Shown here piece after piece: positions 43,724 through 53,049 of a stretch of 64,000 bases of DNA; position 1 is the stretch's first letter, and each line of letters begins with the position of its first letter. The notes beneath the pieces are model-generated. The model saw only the letters and a list, made by a program, of their open reading frames with translations. It searched no databases and had not been told where the DNA came from. A program made the translations under genes and the position numbers. The stretch lies in the NCBI GenBank assembly GCA_009729775.1, contig GCA_009729775.1_4081.1, one strand, 5' to 3'. This DNA is from Escherichia coli. GTDB lineage: Bacteria > Pseudomonadota > Gammaproteobacteria > Enterobacterales > Enterobacteriaceae.

Positions 43724-44061
43724 TAGTACCTCGCATCAGGAACTTTAGCACGTAACTTATGAACGACTGGGAACAACAACAAACTTACATATGCAATAGT
43801 TGAACCCCAATAGAATACTAATACAATTGGTTCACCATTAGAACGGAAACCTCTACTAATCATTGAGTAGTGAATAATAGGCATAATCATCGCCATACCA
43901 AACCATGCGTGTAATTTTAATTGCAGCATGTTATCAGCGATGAATACTGAAATTGGTCGTTTGAAGAACCACATCAGAAAGTAGAATCCAGCACTAATAA
44001 TATAGTACATGGTACTAACTTTCATATACCACGGCAGTAAGTGTAAAAAATATTCCATCAT
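43723..44061 (-). CDS. small membrane protein paralog (112 aa)
   Basis: WFFKRP motif after first helix. Confidence 0.6.
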   Translation of the reverse strand: MMEYFLHLLPWYMKVSTMYYIISAGFYFLMWFFKRPISVFIADNMLQLKLHAWFGMAMIMPIIHYSMISRGFRSNGEPIVLVFYWGSTIAYVSLLLFPVVHKLRAKVPDARY

Positions 44062-44405
44062 TCCTCCGGTATCTTGTTTCGAAGGTCAATCATAACACAA
44101 CAAAGTTTAATGATCAAGTGAAAAACTACACATATCATACCAATTGTTCCATAAACGACTGAAAAAGCAGGTAGTGCTTTTCCGGCTAGAACAGCCACAA
44201 TACATGCAATCAATGTTGATGCAAACAACGATTGATTAATGAAAGAATTCATAAAATCTTCACCATTACGCTTATAGAATTGTCGTTTAAAATACCATCC
44301 TAGAAACATAACTACCCAAAATGTTACATAACCTGTTAGAATAATCCCTGCAATTGAATGTGCAACTGGACTACTCCTTAAAAACTCAAGATAAGCTTCA
44401 AACAT
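44058..44405 (-). CDS. small membrane protein paralog (115 aa)
   Basis: WYFKRQFYKRNGEDF motif. Confidence 0.6.
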   Translation of the reverse strand: MFEAYLEFLRSSPVAHSIAGIILTGYVTFWVVMFLGWYFKRQFYKRNGEDFMNSFINQSLFASTLIACIVAVLAGKALPAFSVVYGTIGMICVVFHLIIKLCCVMIDLRNKIPEE

Positions 44406-44743
44406 TAGAAGTCTCCGCGAATTTTATCTCTACCATGAATAATGAGATGGATTAAGTATACAACTAACCAAATGAACAACCCAAAGAATACAATATATTG
44501 TGAGATTGAGTTCAAGTGAGGATTGGCACAATAAATTAAGTGTGCCATAAGACCAACAATTGCAAACAAACCTTGAACAAGTGTGTAAAGAACTAGTGAT
44601 GAATTCCTCACTGGATACAGTTTAAAAACAATTTTCTTTTTAAAATACCACAGTACTACAACCAGTGCATGATAAAAGAAAAAACCAAAAAGATAAATCA
44701 AAGTAATACTAAGCATTGTATCTGACTTAAAGAATGTTAACAT
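44405..44743 (-). CDS. small membrane protein paralog (112 aa)
   Basis: Close paralog of 44743-45084 (WYFKKKIVFKLY, C-terminal RDKIRGDF). Confidence 0.65.
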   Translation of the reverse strand: MLTFFKSDTMLSITLIYLFGFFFYHALVVVLWYFKKKIVFKLYPVRNSSLVLYTLVQGLFAIVGLMAHLIYCANPHLNSISQYIVFFGLFIWLVVYLIHLIIHGRDKIRGDF

Positions 44744-45084
44744 TAGAAATCCCCTTTAATTCTATCACGAGCTTTAATAATAAAGTATATGCTACATACC
44801 AACAACCACACCATTAGACCTGAAAACACAAGATATTGTGTAATGTGTGGTGTATTATCAATTTGTAACATGTAAATCGCATATGTCATCACACCAAATA
44901 AAATAAACCCACCTTGGATAATACTATATAAAACTAAGACTACATTATCATCCGAATACAATTTAAAAACAATTTTCCTTTTAAAATACCACAGACTAAT
45001 TACAATTGAATGATAACACAAAAATACAAACATGTAAATTAGCGTGATACCAAGCATTGTATCTGAATTAAAAAACTCAAGCAT
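44743..45084 (-). CDS. small membrane protein paralog (113 aa)
   Basis: WYFKRKIVFKLY, C-terminal RDRIKGDF. Confidence 0.65.
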   Translation of the reverse strand: MLEFFNSDTMLGITLIYMFVFLCYHSIVISLWYFKRKIVFKLYSDDNVVLVLYSIIQGGFILFGVMTYAIYMLQIDNTPHITQYLVFSGLMVWLLVCSIYFIIKARDRIKGDF

Positions 45085-45151
45085 ATCGTATCTCCGGTGG
45101 TGAATATTAAGTTATAGTACTACACGTTGTTAGTACTGTCAATACATGTAA

Positions 45152-45925
45152 TTAAATTTTCTCAAGGAACATATTATCTGCCATTGACTCCCAATCGTAT
45201 GGGAATTTATTATACAGACCAGCGATAAGTACTGGCATACGCAGAGAAGGTGAACGCAGCTTTTCTTCGTTGTTCAGCATCCAGTTTAAGATAGCTTTAC
45301 AACCATTTTTATTAACCCCATTGTTCTCAAGAATATTAGTCTTGTTCATGATGTTCTCAATGTGAATCATAACTTCTTCGTTAGTGAACAGTTGAAGATC
45401 AACAAAGATACTACGAGTAATCAGTGCATCAATGTGTGGTGCTAAACTGCTTTTACCTTTAGCAATCTGTGACAGGTTTTTGTTCGTCAGGAAGATTACC
45501 TTCCCACGGAATTCAAACTGCTTAGGAATACCCTGCTGTTCCAGGTACTTCCCAGAAGTTGCATAAGATACAACCCGCTTCTCTGAAGTATCCAGTACTG
45601 CTTTGAGCAAGTCAATGTTGGTTTCATCGCTGAAGATATCAACGTCATCAAGTAACAGTACTGATGCGGCATGACGTGAACGATACAGTGCTTCGTACAG
45701 ACCCATAGTGGTTACTTTACCGCTGATCTTTTTATAGTCGATTTCAAAGTTATCATCAGCTTTCTGTAAACGCTGGTCAACGTTATAAGTTTTACCAACG
45801 CCACCTTTACCAGATACAATCAGGGAATTGATTGAATTAGCTTGGGTATCAAGTAAACATTCCAAAGCTGCCATCATACTGTTGAAGTTCTTTTCGATTT
45901 GGATTGCTTTCTCTGTACGGGTCAT
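45152..45925 (-). CDS. P-loop NTPase (257 aa), deviant Walker A KGGVGKT
   Basis: SGKGGVGKTY Walker A, LLLDDVD Walker B-like, FLTN sensor-like; ParA/MinD-like or AAA-like, exact family not resolved. Confidence 0.55.
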   Translation of the reverse strand: MTRTEKAIQIEKNFNSMMAALECLLDTQANSINSLIVSGKGGVGKTYNVDQRLQKADDNFEIDYKKISGKVTTMGLYEALYRSRHAASVLLLDDVDIFSDETNIDLLKAVLDTSEKRVVSYATSGKYLEQQGIPKQFEFRGKVIFLTNKNLSQIAKGKSSLAPHIDALITRSIFVDLQLFTNEEVMIHIENIMNKTNILENNGVNKNGCKAILNWMLNNEEKLRSPSLRMPVLIAGLYNKFPYDWESMADNMFLEKI

Positions 45926-45953
45926 GTCTTTATCCTCTTGAGTTGATGAAATG

Positions 45954-45990
45954 ATTATAGCAAAAAAGGCCGACTAGTGTCAACCCTTTT
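45954..45990 (-). terminator. dual terminator/promoter stem-loop cassette
   Basis: On minus strand: hairpin GGGTTGACactaGTCGGCC plus U-run; TTGACA inside the stem and TATAAT 18 nt downstream. Confidence 0.6.
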
Positions 45991-46131
45991 GTTTAGCTAT
46001 TTGGTCACCAACTCACCAGTACATTGATACTCATATGTGACTTGTGTTTGTACACATCCTAATGGTCGTTGATCTGAACACGTAGTCGTTGAGCCGCCGA
46101 AAATCTCGGCTCCTTCATATCCCCATTTCTG

Positions 46132-46326
46132 TCAACGTTTAACTGCACTATTCAATCCTTGATTTAAATCAATTACTGGAATTTCGGAACGTTGGTCAAA
46201 TGCGTATCCTAATCTGATTACACCATCAGCTTTACTCCCACCAACTGGATATAAATCTTTTTTTACTGTACATCCAGACATAATTGTCACACCTACTAAT
46301 ACTAAAATGGATAACATCTTTTTCAT
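46132..46326 (-). CDS. small lipoprotein (64 aa)
   Basis: Signal peptide with lipobox-like VTIMSGC. Confidence 0.55.
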   Translation of the reverse strand: MKKMLSILVLVGVTIMSGCTVKKDLYPVGGSKADGVIRLGYAFDQRSEIPVIDLNQGLNSAVKR

Positions 46327-46341
46327 TATGATTCCTCATTT

Positions 46342-47481
46342 TTATAAAATGACTTCACCAAAAATACCATTGATATCACGTTCAATGATGTATTCACCTT
46401 CATGTTCAGCTAAGAACTTTTTAATGGCTTCGTTAACTTTAGGACGATGAATGTTGTTGAATGTTTCAGTGCAACCATCTCCCTTTTCATAATAACCTTT
46501 ATTATATAGTTTACCACATAACGCAATTGTATGTATTATTATTTCCAATTCTCTAGCAAGTTTCCCACCCACATTCTTATGAAATAAAATGGAAATTTCA
46601 TTACTCCAAAAATTATCTACTTTATATATTTTTTTATAAGATAAGTTTTGTGGACTTAATCTTGCTTTAATAGTTTTGTTTGTAATACCAGCTTTATCCG
46701 AATTTTTTGCATAATCATTGTGAATATAAAATCTTCCAGGCTTGGAAGTTTTAAATCCTTTTACTGCACACGTGGGACAACCAGAACCAGACAGATGTGA
46801 ATTTGGTGTTTGTTGAAATTCACCATGTTCTTTGCATATTATAATAGAGGTTACTTGGTTGTTAATGTAGTCATATAAAGAATAATCATACTTATTTCCG
46901 TGTATAAGATGTGATTTTTTTATAAATTCACCTAAAGTTTGTTTTAAAGTTTGTTTCGTGCATTCTTGACAACCAATTTTACCAGTAGCTAAGTCAGTAA
47001 TTGTGGGTTTTTTTATATCACCACAATCATTACATACTACTTCAATTTTAGTTCTACTAGGAAGTCTAGAGTTAAACGAAGTTATTCCACTATAAGTAAA
47101 TTTATCATAACCATATTTTTTGTTGATGACACTAATATGATTAATGGTGTAATATGGAATATTAATAATATTGTAAAAAATCTTACCATTAAATCCCTGC
47201 CTAATAAAATTCGTGCAGGTGGCTCCAATAACTAACATACCATCGTTATTCACTACAAGTTTGGTTTTTGATTTAGATATATAATCTTGTGATCTATTGA
47301 TATAGAATCCAAGAACTCTTGGATCATTTATTTCACCCATAATACTAATAGGATCTTGAGCAATGTTGGATTTTTTTACAAAATTTATATCTTCGGCTTT
47401 CATCCACTCAAAAAGCATTCCATGCTCTTCATAAAAATAAACTTTTTCACCATCTTCATTAAAATAGTACTGTTCAAACAT
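46342..47481 (-). CDS. Zn-ribbon protein with GIY-YIG-like segment, possible nuclease / homing-endonuclease-like (379 aa)
   Basis: Duplicated KYxYD...C-x2-C / GCPTC cysteine motifs and GRFYI-x10-AGIT-x6-R resembling GIY-YIG; function tentative. Confidence 0.35.
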   Translation of the reverse strand: MFEQYYFNEDGEKVYFYEEHGMLFEWMKAEDINFVKKSNIAQDPISIMGEINDPRVLGFYINRSQDYISKSKTKLVVNNDGMLVIGATCTNFIRQGFNGKIFYNIINIPYYTINHISVINKKYGYDKFTYSGITSFNSRLPSRTKIEVVCNDCGDIKKPTITDLATGKIGCQECTKQTLKQTLGEFIKKSHLIHGNKYDYSLYDYINNQVTSIIICKEHGEFQQTPNSHLSGSGCPTCAVKGFKTSKPGRFYIHNDYAKNSDKAGITNKTIKARLSPQNLSYKKIYKVDNFWSNEISILFHKNVGGKLARELEIIIHTIALCGKLYNKGYYEKGDGCTETFNNIHRPKVNEAIKKFLAEHEGEYIIERDINGIFGEVIL

Positions 47482-47710
47482 TACTTAAAACTCCTTTCCA
47501 GTACTGAACCCGTCCAGCACCATTAATCTTAGCCTGAATCTTATCTTTTTCGACAAGACCTTCTTTGTAATCGATGGAAGTATTATCGCACTTAATTACA
47601 TCCAAGTCAAGTACTTCTTGGGTAGTTAATGATGTATTATCTGCGATTTGTTGTAGAGTAATTACATCAGTACCGAAGTATTCTGCTAAACGTATAAAAG
47701 ATAGTTTCAT
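47474..47710 (-). CDS. small HTH-like protein (78 aa)
   Basis: ITLQQIADNTSLTTQEVLDL resembles a helix-turn-helix; overlaps start of the 379-aa ORF. Confidence 0.4.
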   Translation of the reverse strand: MKLSFIRLAEYFGTDVITLQQIADNTSLTTQEVLDLDVIKCDNTSIDYKEGLVEKDKIQAKINGAGRVQYWKGVLSNV

Positions 47711-47734
47711 GTATTACCTCTCGTTTCGATAAAA

Positions 47735-47767
47735 TAATTATAGCAAAAAGGGCTGACCGAAGTCAAC
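47735..47767 (-). terminator. dual terminator/promoter stem-loop cassette
   Basis: GGGTTGACttcgGTCAGCCC with UUCG loop, U-run, TTGACT in stem and TATAAT 18 nt downstream (minus strand). Confidence 0.6.
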
Positions 47768-47775
47768 CCTTTATG

Positions 47776-48135
47776 TTATTCTAAGTCACTCATAGTACTA
47801 ATAGTTAATCCCATTTCTTCTGCAATGTTGCATAGCAAACCAACAGCATTACGAAGAATATCAGTGTTGTCCACCGAGAATGATGAGTTTTCATTTACAG
47901 TTGAAGACTCAATGTAGTACTCAAAATAACGAGAAGTTGAACGCACAACTTTAACACCTTCATACTTCTGTAGTTCAGAGTTGACACGTTCGATGAGTAA
48001 ATCTTCCAGTGCTCGATAGTCACCATTCATTCCACGTTTCCACCCATCAGCAGGACGGAAATAAAAAGTTTTTGTACGTTGAATTGTTGAGATTGTTAGT
48101 GGGTTGTATTCCGCGATTTCACTTAAAGATGTCAT
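47776..48135 (-). CDS. hypothetical protein (119 aa)
   Basis: ORF track. Confidence 0.6.
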   Translation of the reverse strand: MTSLSEIAEYNPLTISTIQRTKTFYFRPADGWKRGMNGDYRALEDLLIERVNSELQKYEGVKVVRSTSRYFEYYIESSTVNENSSFSVDNTDILRNAVGLLCNIAEEMGLTISTMSDLE

Positions 48136-48241
48136 GTTGTATTCCTCATTTGGTGATGTACATAATACAGAAATATAGAACAGGTGTCAATGTTTATACC
48201 TCAAATATCCAAATACTTTGGTGTAGCACATACTACATCAA

Positions 48242-48436
48242 CTAATCCTCGCTGAAGACAACAATAAGGAATGACACGAACAATGCCGCATAACAAGGAG
48301 CTATCTTCATGTACCACGGGACTTCATAATACCATGTACCCAATTCATCCCACGAAAAGAGTATACTCAAACCGAAGCCGATTAGCGATAGTACAATAAA
48401 AGAAATCCAGAAACGCTTTGAATATACTAATAACAT
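48242..48436 (-). CDS. small membrane protein (64 aa)
   Basis: Two hydrophobic helices. Confidence 0.5.
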   Translation of the reverse strand: MLLVYSKRFWISFIVLSLIGFGLSILFSWDELGTWYYEVPWYMKIAPCYAALFVSFLIVVFSED

Positions 48437-48474
48437 ATTATGTTCCTTTGTGTGACCGAAGTCAATCCTTTCCT

Positions 48475-48990
48475 TTAATAATTATTCATTTCATCTTTGA
48501 TTTGTTCTTCAATTTCGTCAAACATATCAGTACTAGATTCTATATTACTACTTACGTTCTGCATATCTTTAACGTACTGTGGACATTCAACATCAGTAAA
48601 CTTATACCACGTAGGCTTCATCTGGAGCTTCTCAATCAAACGATCACGAGACATTTTAATCTCTGACTCCGTTGGTACGTAGTCATTACAAAACTCAGCA
48701 GGGAAGCCGCTAATGTCGTTTACTTCAGTGTTTTGAATCTTCATACCACGACGCAGACATTCGTTGACAATATCAATATGACGCTTCTGTAAGTACAGTA
48801 ACTTGTCGTAGAAAAATGTTACATGACCTGAACCTAACAGATAAGTACTGTTAATTTTGAAATCACGTACACGCTTACGTGCTTGAACGTGTTTTTGTAC
48901 AGCACCAAATACACGTGGGAGTTCACGATATTCAGCCATCAGATGTTGGTCAGCAAGTTCTTTAACGTGTACTAAGTTAATGCGTGTCAT
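48475..48990 (-). CDS. denV: endonuclease V (pyrimidine-dimer DNA glycosylase/AP lyase), T4 DenV homolog (171 aa)
   Basis: N-terminus [31 protein letters not shown]...KRVRDFKI...[10 protein letters not shown]...PTWYK is near-identical in pattern to T4 endonuclease V. Confidence 0.9.
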   Translation of the reverse strand: MTRINLVHVKELADQHLMAEYRELPRVFGAVQKHVQARKRVRDFKINSTYLLGSGHVTFFYDKLLYLQKRHIDIVNECLRRGMKIQNTEVNDISGFPAEFCNDYVPTESEIKMSRDRLIEKLQMKPTWYKFTDVECPQYVKDMQNVSSNIESSTDMFDEIEEQIKDEMNNY

Positions 48991-49018
48991 GTATTCATCC
49001 TCTCGTTTCGATGAAATG

Positions 49019-49051
49019 ATTATAGCAAAAAGGGCCGACTGAAGTCAACCC
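49019..49051 (-). terminator. dual terminator/promoter stem-loop cassette
   Basis: Hairpin GGGTTGACttcaGTCGGCCC, U-run, TTGACT-N18-TATAAT on minus strand, upstream of denV. Confidence 0.6.
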
Positions 49052-49144
49052 TTTTTTTCTTTCAATCAAACATAGTCTACCAGAATGTACCATGCGATGG
49101 TGATTAGAACAAAGAATCATACACTTCTTCATTGTTTAATCCAT

Positions 49145-49414
49145 TTATTCAACAATCCCCAACTTCACAATCTCATACCCGTCCAGATAGCCGTAGGAAC
49201 ACTCAGGTGTTTCATAAGATGAACCATCATGGATGCCTTGGCATTGACTTTTGGAATTCTCAAGCAATCGTTGCAGTACTGATACGTCATCAAGAACGTA
49301 ATACAAGTTAGCATATAGGTCCGTTACAATACAGTACTCCAACATATCAAATGTATCAATCGAAATTTCAACCTTAGCAAATCGTTTCTTTTCTTTATTA
49401 TACAGTGCGTACAT
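49145..49414 (-). CDS. hypothetical protein (about 89 aa)
   Basis: Start adjusted to MYALYNKEKKRF... abutting the stop of the upstream gene. Confidence 0.5.
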   Translation of the reverse strand: MYALYNKEKKRFAKVEISIDTFDMLEYCIVTDLYANLYYVLDDVSVLQRLLENSKSQCQGIHDGSSYETPECSYGYLDGYEIVKLGIVE

Positions 49415-49415
49415 A

Positions 49416-49787
49416 TTAATCTCCATAATCAAGTTTAACTAACTTACCACCCAGATACCCAAAGTTTTCTGGCTTCGCATCTGAATAGAAGAAGTCAGTA
49501 CTTAACTCTGAATTCAATGCTAAAGCACACAACTCCACCCAAAATAAACCCCTATGTTGTACTGGCTTACAACGTTTCTGTACAGTTACTAGTCCAGTAC
49601 ATGATGACCACAACGTAGGGCAGATACTACTATCACTACGATTGGAGTACTGCATCCACGAACGTTCATTGAGGTTAGCTATCATCCCTGTTAAGAATAG
49701 CTTCCAACTTTTAAAGGTTGGAATCTTGATAGCATATTCCCCAATGAGGATAACAGTTCGGGTTGCACCTTTCAAATCTATATTCAT
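49416..49787 (-). CDS. putative kinase-like protein, truncated form (123 aa)
   Basis: EYAIKIP lysine motif, SDAKPEN catalytic-loop-like and KLDYG DFG-like motif at the very C-terminus. Confidence 0.35.
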   Translation of the reverse strand: MNIDLKGATRTVILIGEYAIKIPTFKSWKLFLTGMIANLNERSWMQYSNRSDSSICPTLWSSCTGLVTVQKRCKPVQHRGLFWVELCALALNSELSTDFFYSDAKPENFGYLGGKLVKLDYGD

Positions 49788-49791
49788 AATG

Positions 49792-49968
49792 TTAGTACGA
49801 ATCAGATTCCCAGTACTCGATTGCTTCTTTCAGCAATTCTTTAGCACGTTGTTTTGCAATGCGAGCGGGGAACTGATATGTGTACATTAACTGACGCTTC
49901 ACTTCATTCAGTGAAAGCTGTTCATGGTACAGTGCATCCATCAGTCGATTACGAGTACGTAGTTTCAT
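49792..49968 (-). CDS. small basic protein (58 aa), not in ORF track
   Basis: Hand translation MKLRTRNRLMDALYHEQLSLNEVKRQLMYTYQFPARIAKQRAKELLKEAIEYWESDSY; AAGGATA RBS. Confidence 0.45.
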   Translation of the reverse strand: MKLRTRNRLMDALYHEQLSLNEVKRQLMYTYQFPARIAKQRAKELLKEAIEYWESDSY

Positions 49969-49979
49969 ATAAGTTATCC

Positions 49980-50534
49980 TTATTTCAAAGAATCATAGTA
50001 AGCAGTGTCAAAGATTGGAGTCATAATAACATAGTCAATACGGTCAATGTAAGTTGAACTCCACATTTCTGGTTTGTCATATAACTGACGCTCGCGTTCA
50101 TTCATACGAGTCAGTACTTCTTCCAATTTACTACGTGAATCCATCAATGTATTACTCGAACCATAAGTGAAGTACTCAGTCCAATGATATTCATATTCAG
50201 TACTGATAGATTGAATAGTACCATCTTTGAAATGAGCTAAGGCATAACCTTTCTCTACAAAGTTATCAGGTGGAAGAACACCATCTGGATTAGTTTTCAA
50301 TGCTTGTGCTAACTTTTCTTTAATTTCAGTTAACGTGCATACTGAACGAATGTTCTTCAGGTTTGATACTTGAAAATCACTGTACTTTCCAAAGAAAAAG
50401 ACACGCCAATCTTTAGGTTCATTATCAGATACGTTAGCATCAGGGTGATAGGCGAGTAAACGAAGAAGGCCAGCTTTGTGACCGTTAATGTAGATTTCAT
50501 GGATGTGGTTAGCAGTTTTCTTAAAAGTAATCAT
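49980..50534 (-). CDS. hypothetical protein (184 aa)
   Basis: ORF track. Confidence 0.65.
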   Translation of the reverse strand: MITFKKTANHIHEIYINGHKAGLLRLLAYHPDANVSDNEPKDWRVFFFGKYSDFQVSNLKNIRSVCTLTEIKEKLAQALKTNPDGVLPPDNFVEKGYALAHFKDGTIQSISTEYEYHWTEYFTYGSSNTLMDSRSKLEEVLTRMNERERQLYDKPEMWSSTYIDRIDYVIMTPIFDTAYYDSLK

Positions 50535-50610
50535 GGTAGTTCCTCGATTGTAGGGATGAGAAGTTCATCCCCTTGATAAGCATTATACAGTACTGAATGT
50601 GTTTGTCAAC

Positions 50611-51006
50611 TCAAAATAAATTCATTTCATGTGCGTATTGTGGTTCAAGATAAGATAAGTTTTTGAAACTGTCTTTCAATTCTGCATCATCTACGTACAC
50701 AGTACCAGGTACATTCCCCATAGTGAAGCCAACCCAAACAGTCATGTTTCCAGTTCCTAAGCGGGGCATTGATAGCGTCCCGTCAGGTGAAACATCAAAC
50801 GCTACACTAAAGTCATTCGTTACAACTTCCGACCCATTTTCCAGAATAATACAACCACGTTCTTTAAGCTTCTGAATGTGGATAGCAGCCTCTACAGCAC
50901 GTTTAAAGTTATAATAAGACTCTTTATCCTCGAACATTGATTGTTTAACCAGACGCTTGTTTAGCTCGGTTACTTTGTGCATTTGACGCATTACTTCAAC
51001 TCCCAC
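50611..51006 (-). CDS. hypothetical protein (131 aa)
   Basis: ORF track. Confidence 0.6.
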   Translation of the reverse strand: MGVEVMRQMHKVTELNKRLVKQSMFEDKESYYNFKRAVEAAIHIQKLKERGCIILENGSEVVTNDFSVAFDVSPDGTLSMPRLGTGNMTVWVGFTMGNVPGTVYVDDAELKDSFKNLSYLEPQYAHEMNLF

Positions 51007-51245
51007 AGTTGTAGAATTTCATAAGAGCCTGGTGGTGCTGGATTGATAATCTCAGGGTATTCAGTACTGTTAGGATTACCACCAGCATTGAACTCAGCAA
51101 GTAATAATTCGAGTTCATTCCTATCATGTACAACAAACACGCAATATCCAGTTCCTTCTTCAAGAACTGTAGTTGACCCCGCACAATCCCATACGGTATC
51201 AATACATAATAATTCTTTAGTGTTTTTATTACGCAACGCAAACAT
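50991..51245 (-). CDS. hypothetical protein (84 aa)
   Basis: Preferred over the overlapping 50996-51298 frame because of protein-like composition. Confidence 0.45.
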   Translation of the reverse strand: MFALRNKNTKELLCIDTVWDCAGSTTVLEEGTGYCVFVVHDRNELELLLAEFNAGGNPNSTEYPEIINPAPPGSYEILQLWELK

Positions 51246-51254
51246 ATATGTCTC

Positions 51255-51599
51255 CTATCGATTCGGCATATTCTTTCGTAGTCGCAAGAGAAATTCAACC
51301 ACTGACCATGTTGTAATGAAGGCTATATAAGTTGCAAGGAATCCAGTAAGAATAAATGCAACCAGCGTACTACCATTTGGGGAATCAGTTTTAATGCCGA
51401 TGACACCATCGGCTACAGTGAAACATGTAGCCATTAATGTGTAACCTACGTACAACACAAAGAAAAACTCATTCTCCATTGAAGGATAGAAACGGTTAAA
51501 CACTTTATAAAATTTAAAGTACAGTAGGATTATACCAACAAAGGCATAGAATGTAAACAGTGTTGTTATAATATATGAGATTAGGTTCAAATTATACAT
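51255..51599 (-). CDS. small membrane protein paralog (about 114 aa)
   Basis: LYFKFYKVFNRFYP motif; C-terminal LRLRKNMPNR. Confidence 0.6.
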   Translation of the reverse strand: MYNLNLISYIITTLFTFYAFVGIILLYFKFYKVFNRFYPSMENEFFFVLYVGYTLMATCFTVADGVIGIKTDSPNGSTLVAFILTGFLATYIAFITTWSVVEFLLRLRKNMPNR

Positions 51600-51600
51600 A

Positions 51601-51948
51601 TCAACGCTCCGGTAGATTATCACGTAATGTTTTAATTCGATGATACATTTTCATACCAATATTACCAAAGATACCATATCCAAGTACTAAAATGTATGCA
51701 ATAAGCATAGTAATAATTACTATAGTGCCAAAACTATAATGTACACTACTGATACCCATTGTAGTTTCAACGATTATTTGAGAAACTGAAAGAATCAAAA
51801 GTACAACTACAATTGGATGATTTGGGTACATTCGGTTGAACAACGTTTTGTACTTAAAGAAGCACAGTACTCCACCGAATAAGAAGTACACAATGTAAAT
51901 GCAAGCAACAGCATAGGCAAACATGTTAGTGTAATAAATCATTACCAA
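51601..51948 (-). CDS. small membrane protein paralog (115 aa)
   Basis: CFFKYKTLFNRMYP; C-terminal LRDNLPER. Confidence 0.6.
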   Translation of the reverse strand: MVMIYYTNMFAYAVACIYIVYFLFGGVLCFFKYKTLFNRMYPNHPIVVVLLILSVSQIIVETTMGISSVHYSFGTIVIITMLIAYILVLGYGIFGNIGMKMYHRIKTLRDNLPER

Positions 51949-51951
51949 TCC

Positions 51952-52290
51952 TTACTTTTCAGGGATATTAGAACGCCATATATCAATGCGATGAACTAGT
52001 CCAAAGAACAACCATACTGGAACGGCAGCTATCATAACAAAAAATGAAAACCCAGTCAACACCGATACCAGATTTAATTCATCAGTACTATACCCACATA
52101 TCAGTACTTCTAATATTCCCCACGTACATGCACAAAACATCAAGAATGAAATTGGGGCATCATAGTAGATACGTTCATATAAAGTAGTGTATCGGAAGAA
52201 TGCAATAATGTAGCAAAACATATAATACACCCAAACCAAAGATACTACATAAAATGATACTTTGTTTATTAATTCAAAATATTGTTCCAT
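51952..52290 (-). CDS. small membrane protein paralog (112 aa)
   Basis: AFFRYTTLYERIYY; C-terminal WRSNIPEK. Confidence 0.6.
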   Translation of the reverse strand: MEQYFELINKVSFYVVSLVWVYYMFCYIIAFFRYTTLYERIYYDAPISFLMFCACTWGILEVLICGYSTDELNLVSVLTGFSFFVMIAAVPVWLFFGLVHRIDIWRSNIPEK

Positions 52291-52292
52291 TT

Positions 52293-52574
52293 TTACCCCA
52301 ATATATATTCAGAGAGTAATGTATTAGCTTCATCTTTGTTCTTAAGGTAATACATGTAATATAGATTCGGTTCACCATCTTTAGAACTCAAATCGAAGTA
52401 CTTTAAACTATGTACTTTCATAGTAAAAACAAATAATGACTTAAAACCAATCTCACCGTACTTAATAAACAGTTCATCCAAATGAATGTAACTTTTTGAT
52501 TGTGATAGTTCTTTCACATCGGCTTCAATTTCATCTAAACGAATCTTGCCAATTAAGTTTTTAAATGAACGCAT
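52293..52574 (-). CDS. hypothetical protein (93 aa)
   Basis: ORF track. Confidence 0.55.
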   Translation of the reverse strand: MRSFKNLIGKIRLDEIEADVKELSQSKSYIHLDELFIKYGEIGFKSLFVFTMKVHSLKYFDLSSKDGEPNLYYMYYLKNKDEANTLLSEYILG

Positions 52575-52578
52575 TATT

Positions 52579-52992
52579 TTATCCTTTTACACAATTTGTC
52601 ATAATGTAAACACGTTTAATAAAAGAACTTTCATACACGTACTTCAACTTGCCATTCTCACGTAAGCGGTGGAAAACATCACCTTTGTTAGTACTCCATG
52701 TGGAACCAGTACTAGCATCGACATTAGCCATCGACCCACTGGTTACATTAATACCGTACTTAAAACTAAAAGTATCCCCGTCTTCAACTAATGTCACAGG
52801 TGCACTACGTTCATGTTCAAATACAAGTTTAGAACCAATCATCTCATATGATTTCAATTTACACTTCATTACACCCATTTCATCTTGAGTGGGGAGATTT
52901 CTTTCAAATATATCAGACACTTCGTTTGCAGAAGCAAATGAACTCATTGTCATTAATACAATACTAGTTACAATTAAAATAATATTTTTCAT
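52579..52992 (-). CDS. secreted protein with signal peptide (137 aa), paralog of 53761-54180
   Basis: Signal peptide MKNIILIVTSIVLMTMSSFASA; shared GD-FSF-Y ... VF-R-RE-G-LKYVYES block. Confidence 0.65.
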   Translation of the reverse strand: MKNIILIVTSIVLMTMSSFASANEVSDIFERNLPTQDEMGVMKCKLKSYEMIGSKLVFEHERSAPVTLVEDGDTFSFKYGINVTSGSMANVDASTGSTWSTNKGDVFHRLRENGKLKYVYESSFIKRVYIMTNCVKG

Positions 52993-53049
52993 AGTGTATT
53001 TGTCTCTTTGTTTATGGTTTATTAAGAATACACCAGAACATCAGTTCTG

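Noticed and set aside
50996-51298. 100-aa minus-strand ORF overlapping 50991-51245 in another frame
   Set aside because: Both cannot be real; the 84-aa frame has more protein-like composition, so the 100-aa frame was set aside (low certainty either way).
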